A DNA stretch of 64,000 nt from Fidelibacterota bacterium (GTDB taxonomy: Bacteria; Fidelibacterota; Fidelibacteria; Fidelibacterales; DSDE01), in assembly GCA_046735395.1 (NCBI GenBank), contig JBJKQR010000018.1, positions 96,001 to 160,000 of the forward strand, in the 5' to 3' direction. The number at the start of each line of letters is the position of its first letter. Position 1 is the stretch's first letter. Positions 18,448-28,403 of the stretch are shown piece by piece. The notes beneath the pieces were generated by a model. That model had not been told where the DNA came from and made no database searches. It saw only the letters and a list, made by a program, of their open reading frames with translations. The position numbers and the translations under genes are program-made.

Positions 18448-20601
18448 TCAGTGAATCACGATTTCATCCAGAAGGTGGTCGGCATGATCAAATTCGGAGA
18501 TATACCAGAGAATGAATCGGGCGTCCACGGAGATGGTCCGTGTGAGCTGTTCATCGAAGCGCCAGTCGGAGGTCATGGCTTCCCAGTTCCCGTCAAAGGC
18601 GGTTCCGATGAATTCACCGCGGGCATTCATCACTGCCGATCCGCTGTTGCCGCCGGTGATATCGGTGGTATGCAGGAAATTGAGCGGAACATCGCCCAGT
18701 TTTTTATCCACATATTTGCCGCTGCGGGGACTGTGCAGCACCTTCATATATGCGTCAGACAGGTTGAAGGGCGCCTCGCCGCTATATTTGGCCAGCATGC
18801 CTTCCAGAGTGGTGAAGGGCGTGTACCAGACGCCGTCCTTCGGAGAATAGCCCTTGACGGTTCCGTAGGTCAGGCGGACGGTGGAATTTGCATCCGGATA
18901 GATATGAGTGGATGAAAGGGCTGAGACAGCCTTGAAATATTCAGGCATGAGCATCAGTTTCCGGCCTTCAATATTATCCTTCTCATTGCGAATGATTTTA
19001 TCCTGATCCTCCAGAATGCGGACCATGGCGATCAGAGGATCATTGAGAGCCAGCAGATCAGTCATGGACATGGAAAAAGCCTTTTCCCGCGCATCGGCTG
19101 TTTTCAGTGTGCTGCCCTTGAAAACGGAATCCAGGTAATCACTGACAGCCTGCGCAAAGTCCTTGTTCGGATTCTGTCTGATAATTTCCCTGACCAGGTC
19201 GATGGACTGGGCATCAGGAAGAGCCTTGGCGCGCATCAGGAAATAGGTGAGTGCCCGCTTTTCATAGGGTACATAGCTGCCTCTGTCCATGGAGCGGTTT
19301 CTCAGAAGCAGATGGTTCAGATCCCTGTTCATGTAGCCCAGATCACGGAGTGAATCCGGTTTTGCCTGTTCCTCAACCCAGCGGTAGAGAGTATGGGCTG
19401 CGCTGACAATCCGGGAGGAACGAAACAGCCAGGACAGATCATCATTCCGTTCCCAGTTGCTTTCCTCCGTCTGGTCCAGGAGAGCGATCTGTTTGGTGAT
19501 GTCTGCATAAGCTGCGCCGCTTTCACTGGTTTCGGCGGCATGCTGCAGCCGGGCTTCATCATCCTTTTTCTTGTCGATGATATGAAGTTTGTCAAACCCT
19601 TCGACCATTCCCTGATTGTTCTTCAGAACATTGTTGTAGGATTTGTTCATGCTCTGCAGTGAGAGCTGCACATCCGGATTTCCTTCACCGCAGGCCTCCA
19701 TGTATGAGAGAAGTGTTTCGAAGGTTTCAATCCGGTTGGGATAGACCGTATTCCGGATAAAATCGGCGTAATCGGCTGTCATATACCGTTGGGTTCTGCC
19801 GGGATAACCGATGATCATGGTGAAATTTCCCGGCCTGACACCCTTGGAAGAGATGGGCAGGAAATGCAGAGGCTGATAGGGAACATTGTCGGGTGAATAG
19901 GCGGCCGGAGTTCCGTCCGGAGCCGCGTAAACCCGGAAGAAGGCAAAATCGCCGGTATGGCGCGGCCACATCCAGTTGTCAATATCGCCGCCGTATTCGC
20001 CGATGAAGCGGGGCGGAATGTAGACAAGGCGGATATCTTCAAACTCGCGGGTTTTGAACAGAATGAAGCTGAGGCCGTTATACATTCTCTTCACATCCGC
20101 GCGGATGGTGGTGTCAGCACTTTCGGCTTCAGCAACAATGTCCTTGATTTCCGCTTCCATGAATTTGATCCGGTCTTCCGGCGTCGCGGCTTTCTGAATA
20201 GCCGTCCGGATCCGGGTCGTTACGTCGACCATATCGACCGTGATGCGTGCCCGATATCCGCTGGCCGGGAGTTCCTCAGCATTTGTGGTTGATTTGAATC
20301 CGTTTTCCAGCAGATTATTCTCTGTCGTGCTGAGTTCCTGAGCCGCCCGGAAGGCCACATGATGGTTCGTGATGACCAGGCCCCGGGGCGAGACGAAGGA
20401 TCCGCTGCCGCCGCCGATCTGAACGATTGCGTCCGAGAGCGAAGGCTTCTGCGAACTGTAGATCTCCTCGGGCTTCAGTTTGAGTCCTGCTTTTTTTAAA
20501 TCCTTAACAGGATAATCGTTTAACATAAACATGCCTTCTTCAGCGTGAGCGATGCTGAAGATCAGGAATACAGGCAGAATGAGTTTGAGAACTTTTTGCA
20601 T
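18448..20601 (-). CDS. S46-family dipeptidyl peptidase (DPP7-like)
   Basis: Signal peptide then EEGMF, TNHH, NWMWPRHTGDF, TTDITGGNSGS, FDGNWE (Gly at the S1 position as in DPP7). Start moved from 20658 to ATG 20601. Confidence 0.93.
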   Translation of the reverse strand: MQKVLKLILPVFLIFSIAHAEEGMFMLNDYPVKDLKKAGLKLKPEEIYSSQKPSLSDAIVQIGGGSGSFVSPRGLVITNHHVAFRAAQELSTTENNLLENGFKSTTNAEELPASGYRARITVDMVDVTTRIRTAIQKAATPEDRIKFMEAEIKDIVAEAESADTTIRADVKRMYNGLSFILFKTREFEDIRLVYIPPRFIGEYGGDIDNWMWPRHTGDFAFFRVYAAPDGTPAAYSPDNVPYQPLHFLPISSKGVRPGNFTMIIGYPGRTQRYMTADYADFIRNTVYPNRIETFETLLSYMEACGEGNPDVQLSLQSMNKSYNNVLKNNQGMVEGFDKLHIIDKKKDDEARLQHAAETSESGAAYADITKQIALLDQTEESNWERNDDLSWLFRSSRIVSAAHTLYRWVEEQAKPDSLRDLGYMNRDLNHLLLRNRSMDRGSYVPYEKRALTYFLMRAKALPDAQSIDLVREIIRQNPNKDFAQAVSDYLDSVFKGSTLKTADAREKAFSMSMTDLLALNDPLIAMVRILEDQDKIIRNEKDNIEGRKLMLMPEYFKAVSALSSTHIYPDANSTVRLTYGTVKGYSPKDGVWYTPFTTLEGMLAKYSGEAPFNLSDAYMKVLHSPRSGKYVDKKLGDVPLNFLHTTDITGGNSGSAVMNARGEFIGTAFDGNWEAMTSDWRFDEQLTRTISVDARFILWYISEFDHADHLLDEIVIH

Positions 20602-20688
20602 AGGTTTCCTCTGTTTTGGTGTTGATGCCGTATTACAGTAGTGGTTCTGATGCGGCAATGGAAAGGGTTGGTTCCGCTGCGGATCCGG

Positions 20689-21249
20689 TCACAGGTCAGC
20701 GCCGGAAAACAGGATGCCCTGGTTGACCTCCCGAACTTTTTCCGGGCCGTAAAGTGTTTTGACCAGGAGAAAGGCGAAGTCCATGGCGGCCCCGGCACTG
20801 CGGCCGGTAATCAGCTGCCCGTCCGTGGCCGTGGAACGATTTTTATAACCGCTGAGATGTGGAATATGACGGACGGCAGGGTGCATGGTATAGCTTTTGT
20901 CTCCCATGATGTCGTTGCTGACCAGCAGGCCCGGAGCAGCGCAGATAGCAGCGAGATGCCGGTCCGCTGATAACTGGGTTTTAATTTTCTCCATGAGGGG
21001 AGAATGCTGAGCCAGGTTGTTTACGCCTTCGCTGTCGCCGGGAAGAACGATCATGTCCCAGTCATGGGGAAGTTCATCCTCAATAACCGAATCGGCGACG
21101 ATGTGAATGCCATGGGATCCGTGAATATTTCGTTTGGACAGACCGGCGGTGACGACACGGGCACCGGCCCTGCGTAACACATCTATGACGGTTACGGCCT
21201 CAATTTCCTCGAAGCCGTCGGCCAGAGGAATCAATACTGATTTTTCCAT
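20689..21249 (-). CDS. DJ-1/PfpI (YajL/ThiJ-like) protein
   Basis: DGFEEIEA, DVLRRAG, AAICAAP, LITGRSAG. Confidence 0.9.
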   Translation of the reverse strand: MEKSVLIPLADGFEEIEAVTVIDVLRRAGARVVTAGLSKRNIHGSHGIHIVADSVIEDELPHDWDMIVLPGDSEGVNNLAQHSPLMEKIKTQLSADRHLAAICAAPGLLVSNDIMGDKSYTMHPAVRHIPHLSGYKNRSTATDGQLITGRSAGAAMDFAFLLVKTLYGPEKVREVNQGILFSGADL

Positions 21250-21261
21250 GAAAAGATATCC

Positions 21262-22605
21262 TCAGAACTGGAAATCCAGGTTTAATGTTACATACTCATT
21301 CTGTTCATAGGCCACGGTCGTATTGAGGCGGTGGGGGATAACGACGAAATGAAGACCAGGTTCGAAAAGAAGCCGGTCGTCGAAGCGGTTCCGGAAATCC
21401 GGATCCCGGGTATAGGACAGATTGCCCGCAACACTCAGGTTCCGTCCGAAGTTCTTGAAGAAGGGGAACCAGAGGGCCGCCAGGGACGTCTCGCGCTTAT
21501 TATTGAAGATACAGAGCGTCAGATACTGTTCGGGCAGGCTCACATTTGCGGTGACAAACAGTGAATTGGTAAACGGAACGTCCTCGAAATTTTCAGTGAG
21601 ATTTACAACCTGATCCAGGTGACTGCTGTACTGTTCAAATCCCAGCGCAAGCGCGGTCCGATAGATTTCGCCGCTGCCCGGGAGAAGCTGGATTTTCACC
21701 CGGCTGTCCTGGCTGATGACGGTGGAGTTGCGGACATACAGGTTGACGCCGCCTTCAAAAACTTTGAAAAGCCTCATAGTATAGCCGACTTCAAGCGGCA
21801 CAAGGGGCTGGATGGAGCTTTTCAGGCTGAAGGTATGGGTGTTATCGGGCACTTCTGCCGTCGGAGTGTTGATGATACGATAAAATGTCTTGGTATGAAT
21901 GAAATCATAATAATTATTCTTAAGGTAATTCCGCCGCTCTTCCTTGCGCTTGTGCAGTTCGTTCCGGATGGATTCCTCGCTTCGTTCCTTATTTATACCC
22001 AGCATGGATAGCGCGAACTGATGGCGTATAGCTTCCTGCTGGCGGCTTTCCTCGAATTCGTTATTTTCCTTCATCCTCTGTATCTCGCGGGCGATCTCCT
22101 GATTTACAATGACGTCATATTCATCCTTGTTGTAGCGCATGAGACTGTACCAGGTTCCCGTTTTTTTGTCTTCAAACTGTTCCGTGATACTGAAGCCCCG
22201 TAGGCTGATATCGCTGCTGACACGATTCAGATTCCTGAAATTCTCCTTCACCCGATAATTTTTTTCATTGATGGAATGTTCCATCATACTGGTGACGTGA
22301 GCATTCACATTCAGGGCAAAATTAATCCGTGCCCGGGTGTCCGCATCCAGCTGGCTTTCCTGACTTTTCCCTATTCCATAATAATGGGTCAGCCTGTCCT
22401 GTATTTTATTATACTGTACCCAGAATGGCTGTTGCGCTGAAACCGTGTCCGTCGTATCGCTGAGAGCCCGGGAGAGACTGTCCGGTATCAGGATGACAGG
22501 GGCGGACGTGGAATCGGGAACCTGTGCGAACAGGAGCGCCGCAAGCAGACAAAGCAGCCCGGCCAACCCGGTTAATCGTTTCAGGGTATGACTTGATATT
22601 TCCAT
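21262..22605 (-). CDS. Secreted protein: LPP20-like domain, coiled coil, probable C-terminal beta-barrel
   Basis: Signal peptide; YYGIGKS..ADTRAR segment; E/R/K-rich helix; amphipathic strands ending LNLDFQF. Confidence 0.5.
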   Translation of the reverse strand: MEISSHTLKRLTGLAGLLCLLAALLFAQVPDSTSAPVILIPDSLSRALSDTTDTVSAQQPFWVQYNKIQDRLTHYYGIGKSQESQLDADTRARINFALNVNAHVTSMMEHSINEKNYRVKENFRNLNRVSSDISLRGFSITEQFEDKKTGTWYSLMRYNKDEYDVIVNQEIAREIQRMKENNEFEESRQQEAIRHQFALSMLGINKERSEESIRNELHKRKEERRNYLKNNYYDFIHTKTFYRIINTPTAEVPDNTHTFSLKSSIQPLVPLEVGYTMRLFKVFEGGVNLYVRNSTVISQDSRVKIQLLPGSGEIYRTALALGFEQYSSHLDQVVNLTENFEDVPFTNSLFVTANVSLPEQYLTLCIFNNKRETSLAALWFPFFKNFGRNLSVAGNLSYTRDPDFRNRFDDRLLFEPGLHFVVIPHRLNTTVAYEQNEYVTLNLDFQF

Positions 22606-22653
22606 GATGATTCCTTCGTCGTCCTTTCTGATTACCTTTGTGTCAGGTAGGGA

Positions 22654-22682
22654 AATTTACACAGCGTGACGAGAATTTGCAA
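22654..22682 (-). promoter_or_regulatory. Putative sigma70 promoter for the 22605/DJ-1 unit
   Basis: Minus strand TTGCAA-N17-TAAATT. Confidence 0.55.
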
Positions 22683-22716
22683 AAATCTTTATCTCTTTAA
22701 TCCATCAAATGAAATT

Positions 22717-24942
22717 TCAGAAAATAAATCCGATACGGGCCCAGGTTCGGACGTTGGTTCCCTGAGAGGCATCAATGAGCGTCATTCCGTAACTGATGGG
22801 GCCCAGCAGTGACTGGTAGCGCAGGAACAGGTCAATCCCTGCCTGGGCAACGCCGTTTATATCCGCGTACTTATCCGTATTGTGAAACTGATACCAGCGA
22901 TAAAAGGGACTGGCATGGAACCAGAGTTCATTCCACAGAAAGCGGTTGGCAATTCCGAGCGAAAGGGACAGATAATTCTGAGTGAGGAGATAGCTGTCGG
23001 CGGTAAAACGGTTGCTCTCACCCGCTGGCGGGGCGTCGTATTCGCCGAAAGGGAGAATGCCACGGCTGCGACGAATATCGGCCTCTCCGTAGACGGCAAA
23101 GGAGCGCAGCGGCCGGATGCCGCGGTAAAGTCGGGCCTGGCCGATCAGAAACGTTTCCTGAAGCGGTTCCAGGGTGGCGGGAAGGGACTGTGTGTTTAAA
23201 ATCTTTCCGAATCTCACAGCGATGTTGCTTTGCAGGCCTTCTTCAATGGGCATGTCCCTGCGAATGGTGGAAGTGAGAATATTCACGGATCCCTGTATAT
23301 AGGGGCTGTTGTTGCGTAATCCGGGGATGGAAATCAGTCCGCCTTCATGCGGATCCAGAAGCGCTGCCTTTTTCAGGTGAAAGGACATGTCCGTCAGAGA
23401 ATTCCAGCCGATGGCGGCCAGACCGCTCCAGGACAGATCCCATATTTCACTGCTGATCCGGTCATGGCCGGAAATGCGGGATTCGGAATTGTACTTGTCA
23501 TAGGACATGCTGACCCGGGAGGAGACCCGGAGATTCAGCAGGGGCAGATTATATATATTGAAGAGATGGAGGACCGGATTGATACCCTGATGCCAGTTTC
23601 CGAAGAAAATACGGTTGCTGATATGGAAGCGGCCCTTGAACAGGTCGGTCAGGGATTGTTCGGCATAAAGATTCAGCCCGCCGCTGTTGTCATAATACAG
23701 GCCGGCCTGTATTTTTCTGGGCGGTGCCTCGGTCAGGTGCAGCGTGATATCCAGGCTGCTGTCAGCCGGATCAAAGGCAAAATCTGTGGTGATCCTGCTG
23801 AAAAATCCGGACGCGTCCAGGCGTTTCAGGTCATTTTGAAAAACTGTCGGGGAATATGGGCTTTCCGCCTGTGTTTCCATAAGGTTCCGGATATAGGTAT
23901 GAGGATATCTGAAATTTCCGTCCAGGCCGATCCTGGCAATTTTTTTTCCGTCGAGATAGGTCCGGCAGGCTTTCTGTTTCGCGTGAAAGGCGGCGGTATC
24001 GGCCATGAATTTATACTCTCTGCGTATCCGGGCTGCCGCCTTCTTTCCGCTGCTGTAACCGGCTTCGATCAGCTGGGCCCCGCTGGAAAAGTCGATAAGT
24101 CCGATATTTCGCGTGTCAACCTGTATGAAATAGTCCCAGCCTTTGACGTTCAAAGAGTCAGTGGGTGGAGCCAGAACATTGGACAGAAGGGCAAAGATGT
24201 CCTCAATATCCTCAAGCTGCCCGCTTTTCGGGGGGATGTCGGAAACATTGACCGCGACAATGATATCGGCTCCCATCTCTTTCAGGGCATCAATGGGAAG
24301 ATTGTCGTAGATGCCGCCATCCATGTATACGCTGCTGTCGCTGAAGACGGGCGCATAGGCGAGGGGATAGGCAAGAGATGCGCGGACCGCCGTCCACAGT
24401 GTTCCCTGAGTGAGCACTTCCTTCTGACGCGTCATCACATTGGCAGTAACGCAGGCAAAAGGAAGGCAGAGCCGGCTGAAATCGCCCCCGCAGTAGGCAT
24501 TTCCGGCTGCGGTTGTAATAAAGAGGTATTCGTTGACCTGAGCATCATTCAGCAGAGCCAGGGGATTCACGATGCGGTTTTCCCGGATCAGGAGGTTGAC
24601 CTGAGAGGGAAGATTGTCATAACGATATTCAATGGGTGTGGACGCGGGATCACTTACATTCATGAAAATATCACCGATATTGCCGCTTTCAACCAGCCGC
24701 TCCATTTCGTCCAGGCTGATCCCGGCCGCATAACAGCCTCCGATCAGCGCTCCGGCGCTGGCTCCCGCGATATAGTCCACCGGGATCCCTTCTTCCTCAA
24801 AGGCTTTCAGCAGGCCGATATGAGCCAGCCCCTTGGCTCCGCCGCCACCGAGAGCCAGGCCTATTCGGGGCCTGTCCGCTTGGGCCGCTGTTTCACCCAC
24901 GAGAAGCAAAATGCCAATTAATAGTAATATAGTGTAACGCAT
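22717..24942 (-). CDS. Patatin-like phospholipase with POTRA and C-terminal beta-barrel (PlpD-like)
   Basis: Signal peptide, GGGGAKG, GASAG, DGG; POTRA-like KIARIGLDGN..DLKRLDASGFFS; ends RIGFIF. Confidence 0.85.
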   Translation of the reverse strand: MRYTILLLIGILLLVGETAAQADRPRIGLALGGGGAKGLAHIGLLKAFEEEGIPVDYIAGASAGALIGGCYAAGISLDEMERLVESGNIGDIFMNVSDPASTPIEYRYDNLPSQVNLLIRENRIVNPLALLNDAQVNEYLFITTAAGNAYCGGDFSRLCLPFACVTANVMTRQKEVLTQGTLWTAVRASLAYPLAYAPVFSDSSVYMDGGIYDNLPIDALKEMGADIIVAVNVSDIPPKSGQLEDIEDIFALLSNVLAPPTDSLNVKGWDYFIQVDTRNIGLIDFSSGAQLIEAGYSSGKKAAARIRREYKFMADTAAFHAKQKACRTYLDGKKIARIGLDGNFRYPHTYIRNLMETQAESPYSPTVFQNDLKRLDASGFFSRITTDFAFDPADSSLDITLHLTEAPPRKIQAGLYYDNSGGLNLYAEQSLTDLFKGRFHISNRIFFGNWHQGINPVLHLFNIYNLPLLNLRVSSRVSMSYDKYNSESRISGHDRISSEIWDLSWSGLAAIGWNSLTDMSFHLKKAALLDPHEGGLISIPGLRNNSPYIQGSVNILTSTIRRDMPIEEGLQSNIAVRFGKILNTQSLPATLEPLQETFLIGQARLYRGIRPLRSFAVYGEADIRRSRGILPFGEYDAPPAGESNRFTADSYLLTQNYLSLSLGIANRFLWNELWFHASPFYRWYQFHNTDKYADINGVAQAGIDLFLRYQSLLGPISYGMTLIDASQGTNVRTWARIGFIF

Positions 24943-24951
24943 TATCGATAT

Positions 24952-27918
24952 TTAATAATAAATCAATCGTAAAGGCTGTTTCCAGGGCCCGCCGTTATGT
25001 CCGGTGTCATTCACGAGGATCTGGATCAGATTCTCATTGTCACGGCGAATCAAACGGGGATCCACCGGGTAATTTCTGGCTTTGTCCCAGCCCTGAGAGG
25101 CACCGATCAGGTGTCCGTTAAAGAAACTGCGGTCCTCATCGTCCACAGCCCCCATCTGGAAGAGTATCATCCGGCTGCTTCTCAGATCCGGTAAAACCGT
25201 ATAGCACGACAGGATCACGATCCCGTCCAGTCCTTCATACCCCTGATTTTCCCAGGCATCGGGGAGCGTGATCTGGGGGAGGCTGGTAATATCTCCGTAA
25301 TCTCCGTTCACCATCTCCTCCTCATTTCCATGGGTGTCGATGTACCAGAGTCCGGACAGGTCAAGGACCCGGACTTTGCAGGCCTGAACCGAGCTGTAAT
25401 CGACACTGTCCCGGTCGTCAGTCAGCCGGAGGGCCAGCGTAAAGGGTCCGGGCGCAAGAGTGGGAGGAAGAGGAATGAGCAGATTCCGTTCCGACACGGC
25501 GGGCAGTGTGAAAGTAAGAGAATCTGCTGTAAGAAGTTCCTGGATAACCCGGGGCTGCGCGCTGCGGTTCGAAACAAAGAGTGCCAGCGTGTCGCTGCAA
25601 TAGGTTTCAGGCACATCCAGCTGCAGCGGGGAAAGCATCCTGATCTGAACCGGGAACTTTCGACGGGTGCTGTGATTTTTTCGGCTGAAGTACAGATTGA
25701 GGATGGCGGCTTCATTCCGATCTCGGTAATGAATGCTGTCGCCTGTGGATATGATGAATCTGTACTGCAGGGAGTCGATGGCGAGGGCCCATGAATCCGG
25801 CCCGTATGAAAGCGTCACGGAGTCGAGGGACGCAAGTGTGCTGTCATCACAGCGAAAGGGGATGATAAAGGATTTGCCATCGATGCATTCCGACGGATAG
25901 TCATCCATATCGAATACGGGCCAGTTCGCCGCGGCCGAATCCCTGCTTTCCAGAGCCAGAAGCTTCTGACGCTCGTTCAGGTGTATTCCTGTCCAGAGAC
26001 TGTCCACCGCAAGTCTGATCTCCATGCTGTCCTGCAGAACCCTGTCCGGAAACAGACTGTTTTTCAGATGTCTTTCTTCAGTCATTCTCAGCGTATCATT
26101 CTGACCGAGCATGCCGTATCTGGCCCCTTCAAGAAGAGCCATCACATATTCGGCGCCCGACCAGGTCAGCGGCGATGCTTTGCTGCTGACAGGCGGAAAT
26201 GTTTCGGAGGGCCAAACAATTCTCTCCGGACAAAGTCCGAATATGCTGCAATGCTTCGTCATCCAGTTCAACAGGGTGTGATAGCGTTCAGCTCGCCCGC
26301 TGAATGCATAGTATTCTGCCATGGCTGCCGTATTGAAGAAGAACAGATCGTCGCCATATCCCTTTGAGTCGAAATATTGAATTCCACCATTCTGTTTCCG
26401 ACAGAACTGCCAGTAATATTCAGTGCTCAGCCGCAGCTCGTCATGGTCGGGAAAACCGTAGATCCAGCCGAAAATGGTGCTGCTGTTCCAGGTGGGCGTG
26501 TCGCGCTGGTCTATATAGCTGTTCCGGGATTCATCAAAAAGCGTGGGCAGGCCCGAAGCGAGTTTTTGAGCGGTTGCGGCAAATTCAGCCGACTCCAGAT
26601 AACGTCCGGTATTCTGGGTTACATTTGCAGCCTGTTCGTACGCGGCCGTAAGGCTCATTGCCGTGGAGGGAAGATAGGCCGGCCATTCTATGATTCCGCC
26701 TTCGAAGGGCAGGTTGTTGCTGTGCAGCCGCGCTTCCGGAAACTGCAGAAGCGAGCGCATGAGATTCAGATCCCCGTGAACCTGCCCGGTGATTTGCCGG
26801 TAGCGATAAATCAGGGATGCAAAATATCCGTTGCTGTCCCACTCAGGTGTGTTGTACCGTGCGCCGCTTCCGCCATCGTTGGGATTTCCGAAAGCATCAT
26901 AGCGGGCATACCACTCCCCTTCCTGCTTCATCGGCCGCTGCACCCAGTAGTTCAGGATCTGATCCGTCTCCGCAAAGTGTCCGGTTTCCAGAAAGGCACG
27001 GGCCGTCATCAAGGCGTCCCGGGGATAAATCTGGGGCAGGGAATCCGTCATGAACTCTCCCGAAAGATCCGCGGGAACAGCTCCCTTCAGGTTCACGGCA
27101 CGGAGGCCGGCCAGATTGATGCGGTACAGGGACCGGAGCAGGGAATCTCCGAAATCGGGTTCGATGCCGCTTTTTATCCATTTTGTCCATCCCTGTGTGC
27201 CATAGGCGGCAGGATCCGGAAGAACTGACAGTTTTCGGAAGATATTCGCGGCTTTATTTGTGTTTTTGCTGATGGCAATGACATAGCGAAAGTCGCTCGT
27301 CTGGCCCGGCGCCAGCAGCATTTCCCGGGGAGAAGCGATTTCGTCCGTATTCATCGTATTGTGGTCATCCGAAAATCCGTAGCTGAAAATAAATTCATCC
27401 GCATAAAGATTGCTGTAGTTTTCATAATGATCACAGATGGTTTCTCTGTCGAACTGAAAATGTGGCTGGATGGAAACGTGAATACGGTTACGGCTTTGGT
27501 TGGTCACGCTTCCGTAAATCAGGATGGCATTTTCGAAGGCCGGAACAAAAGCATGATATTGATAAACTATTGAACTGTTAATTCCTTTATAGGTTGCTGC
27601 AAACCAGGGAAAAGAGGAGAGTGTCTCCTGGAGGCTGTCCCGCGTGGAGGAAATGTCCAGACGAAAATCTCTCATGATAACGCGGGAATAGTCGCCGATA
27701 TAGAGATTATGAAAGGACCAGCCCCGATTGTCCTGTTCAGATCCGTTGCCGAAGAGAAGAACCATATTCCCGTTACCCAGAACCTTTGATCCCTGCGATG
27801 TTCCGTAAACGGGAAGTTTGGTTTCGGGCTTGGATTCGGAATGGCTGCAGCCCGTCAGAATGATGAACGTGAAGCCGAGGAGCATGAACAGATGTTTTCG
27901 CATTTTGTACTCCATCAT
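24952..27918 (-). CDS. GH15-like six-hairpin glycosidase lipoprotein with a C-terminal jelly-roll sugar-binding domain
   Basis: Lipobox LTGC; YPRDA, PEWDSNG, GLCPER, SPLTWS; C-terminal LDLSGLW..GAVDDEDRSFFNG. Confidence 0.7.
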   Translation of the reverse strand: MMEYKMRKHLFMLLGFTFIILTGCSHSESKPETKLPVYGTSQGSKVLGNGNMVLLFGNGSEQDNRGWSFHNLYIGDYSRVIMRDFRLDISSTRDSLQETLSSFPWFAATYKGINSSIVYQYHAFVPAFENAILIYGSVTNQSRNRIHVSIQPHFQFDRETICDHYENYSNLYADEFIFSYGFSDDHNTMNTDEIASPREMLLAPGQTSDFRYVIAISKNTNKAANIFRKLSVLPDPAAYGTQGWTKWIKSGIEPDFGDSLLRSLYRINLAGLRAVNLKGAVPADLSGEFMTDSLPQIYPRDALMTARAFLETGHFAETDQILNYWVQRPMKQEGEWYARYDAFGNPNDGGSGARYNTPEWDSNGYFASLIYRYRQITGQVHGDLNLMRSLLQFPEARLHSNNLPFEGGIIEWPAYLPSTAMSLTAAYEQAANVTQNTGRYLESAEFAATAQKLASGLPTLFDESRNSYIDQRDTPTWNSSTIFGWIYGFPDHDELRLSTEYYWQFCRKQNGGIQYFDSKGYGDDLFFFNTAAMAEYYAFSGRAERYHTLLNWMTKHCSIFGLCPERIVWPSETFPPVSSKASPLTWSGAEYVMALLEGARYGMLGQNDTLRMTEERHLKNSLFPDRVLQDSMEIRLAVDSLWTGIHLNERQKLLALESRDSAAANWPVFDMDDYPSECIDGKSFIIPFRCDDSTLASLDSVTLSYGPDSWALAIDSLQYRFIISTGDSIHYRDRNEAAILNLYFSRKNHSTRRKFPVQIRMLSPLQLDVPETYCSDTLALFVSNRSAQPRVIQELLTADSLTFTLPAVSERNLLIPLPPTLAPGPFTLALRLTDDRDSVDYSSVQACKVRVLDLSGLWYIDTHGNEEEMVNGDYGDITSLPQITLPDAWENQGYEGLDGIVILSCYTVLPDLRSSRMILFQMGAVDDEDRSFFNGHLIGASQGWDKARNYPVDPRLIRRDNENLIQILVNDTGHNGGPWKQPLRLIYY

Positions 27919-28403
27919 TTTTTATAGGAGTTGTCACCAAATTTAATAACCTGCAGACGCACCTGTGTTGTTCCGAGGGTATCGAAACCCAGCTCTTTCG
28001 CCGCAGCATAGCTTAAATCGATAAGGCGCCCTTCCACATAGGGGCCACGATCATTGATACGAACTTTGGTGCTTCGGTTGTTGGCCAGGTTGGTAACCTT
28101 GACGATGGTTCCCAGCGGAAGTGTTTTGTGGGCCGCAGTTTTTGCGTGCTTGTCAAAGATTTCGCCGTTGGCGGTGAGTTTTCCGACGAAATCATCGCCA
28201 TACCAGGATGCGATGCCCACCCATGTTCTCTGATAACTTAATTTCGGATTATGGGTTACCGGGATAAATTTGGTTTTTGATTCGCTGCGGAGCGCGGGAA
28301 GATGCGTCGTGGTATTTGTTGTATAACGTGGTGCGGAACTGCAGGCGGTCATGGCCATCACCATACAGGCTGAGACAAAGGATGAAAGACGGAATTTATT
28401 CAT
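27915..28403 (-). CDS. rlpA: Septal ring lytic transglycosylase RlpA family (DPBB), no SPOR domain seen
   Basis: GIASWYG, TANGE, TAAHKTLP, VRINDRGP, IDLS; lipobox MTAC. Start moved to ATG 28403. Confidence 0.92.
   Translation of the reverse strand: MNKFRLSSFVSACMVMAMTACSSAPRYTTNTTTHLPALRSESKTKFIPVTHNPKLSYQRTWVGIASWYGDDFVGKLTANGEIFDKHAKTAAHKTLPLGTIVKVTNLANNRSTKVRINDRGPYVEGRLIDLSYAAAKELGFDTLGTTQVRLQVIKFGDNSYKK

Noticed and set aside
23347..24921. 524-aa plus-strand ORF
   Set aside because: Antisense shadow of the patatin gene; no recognisable motifs
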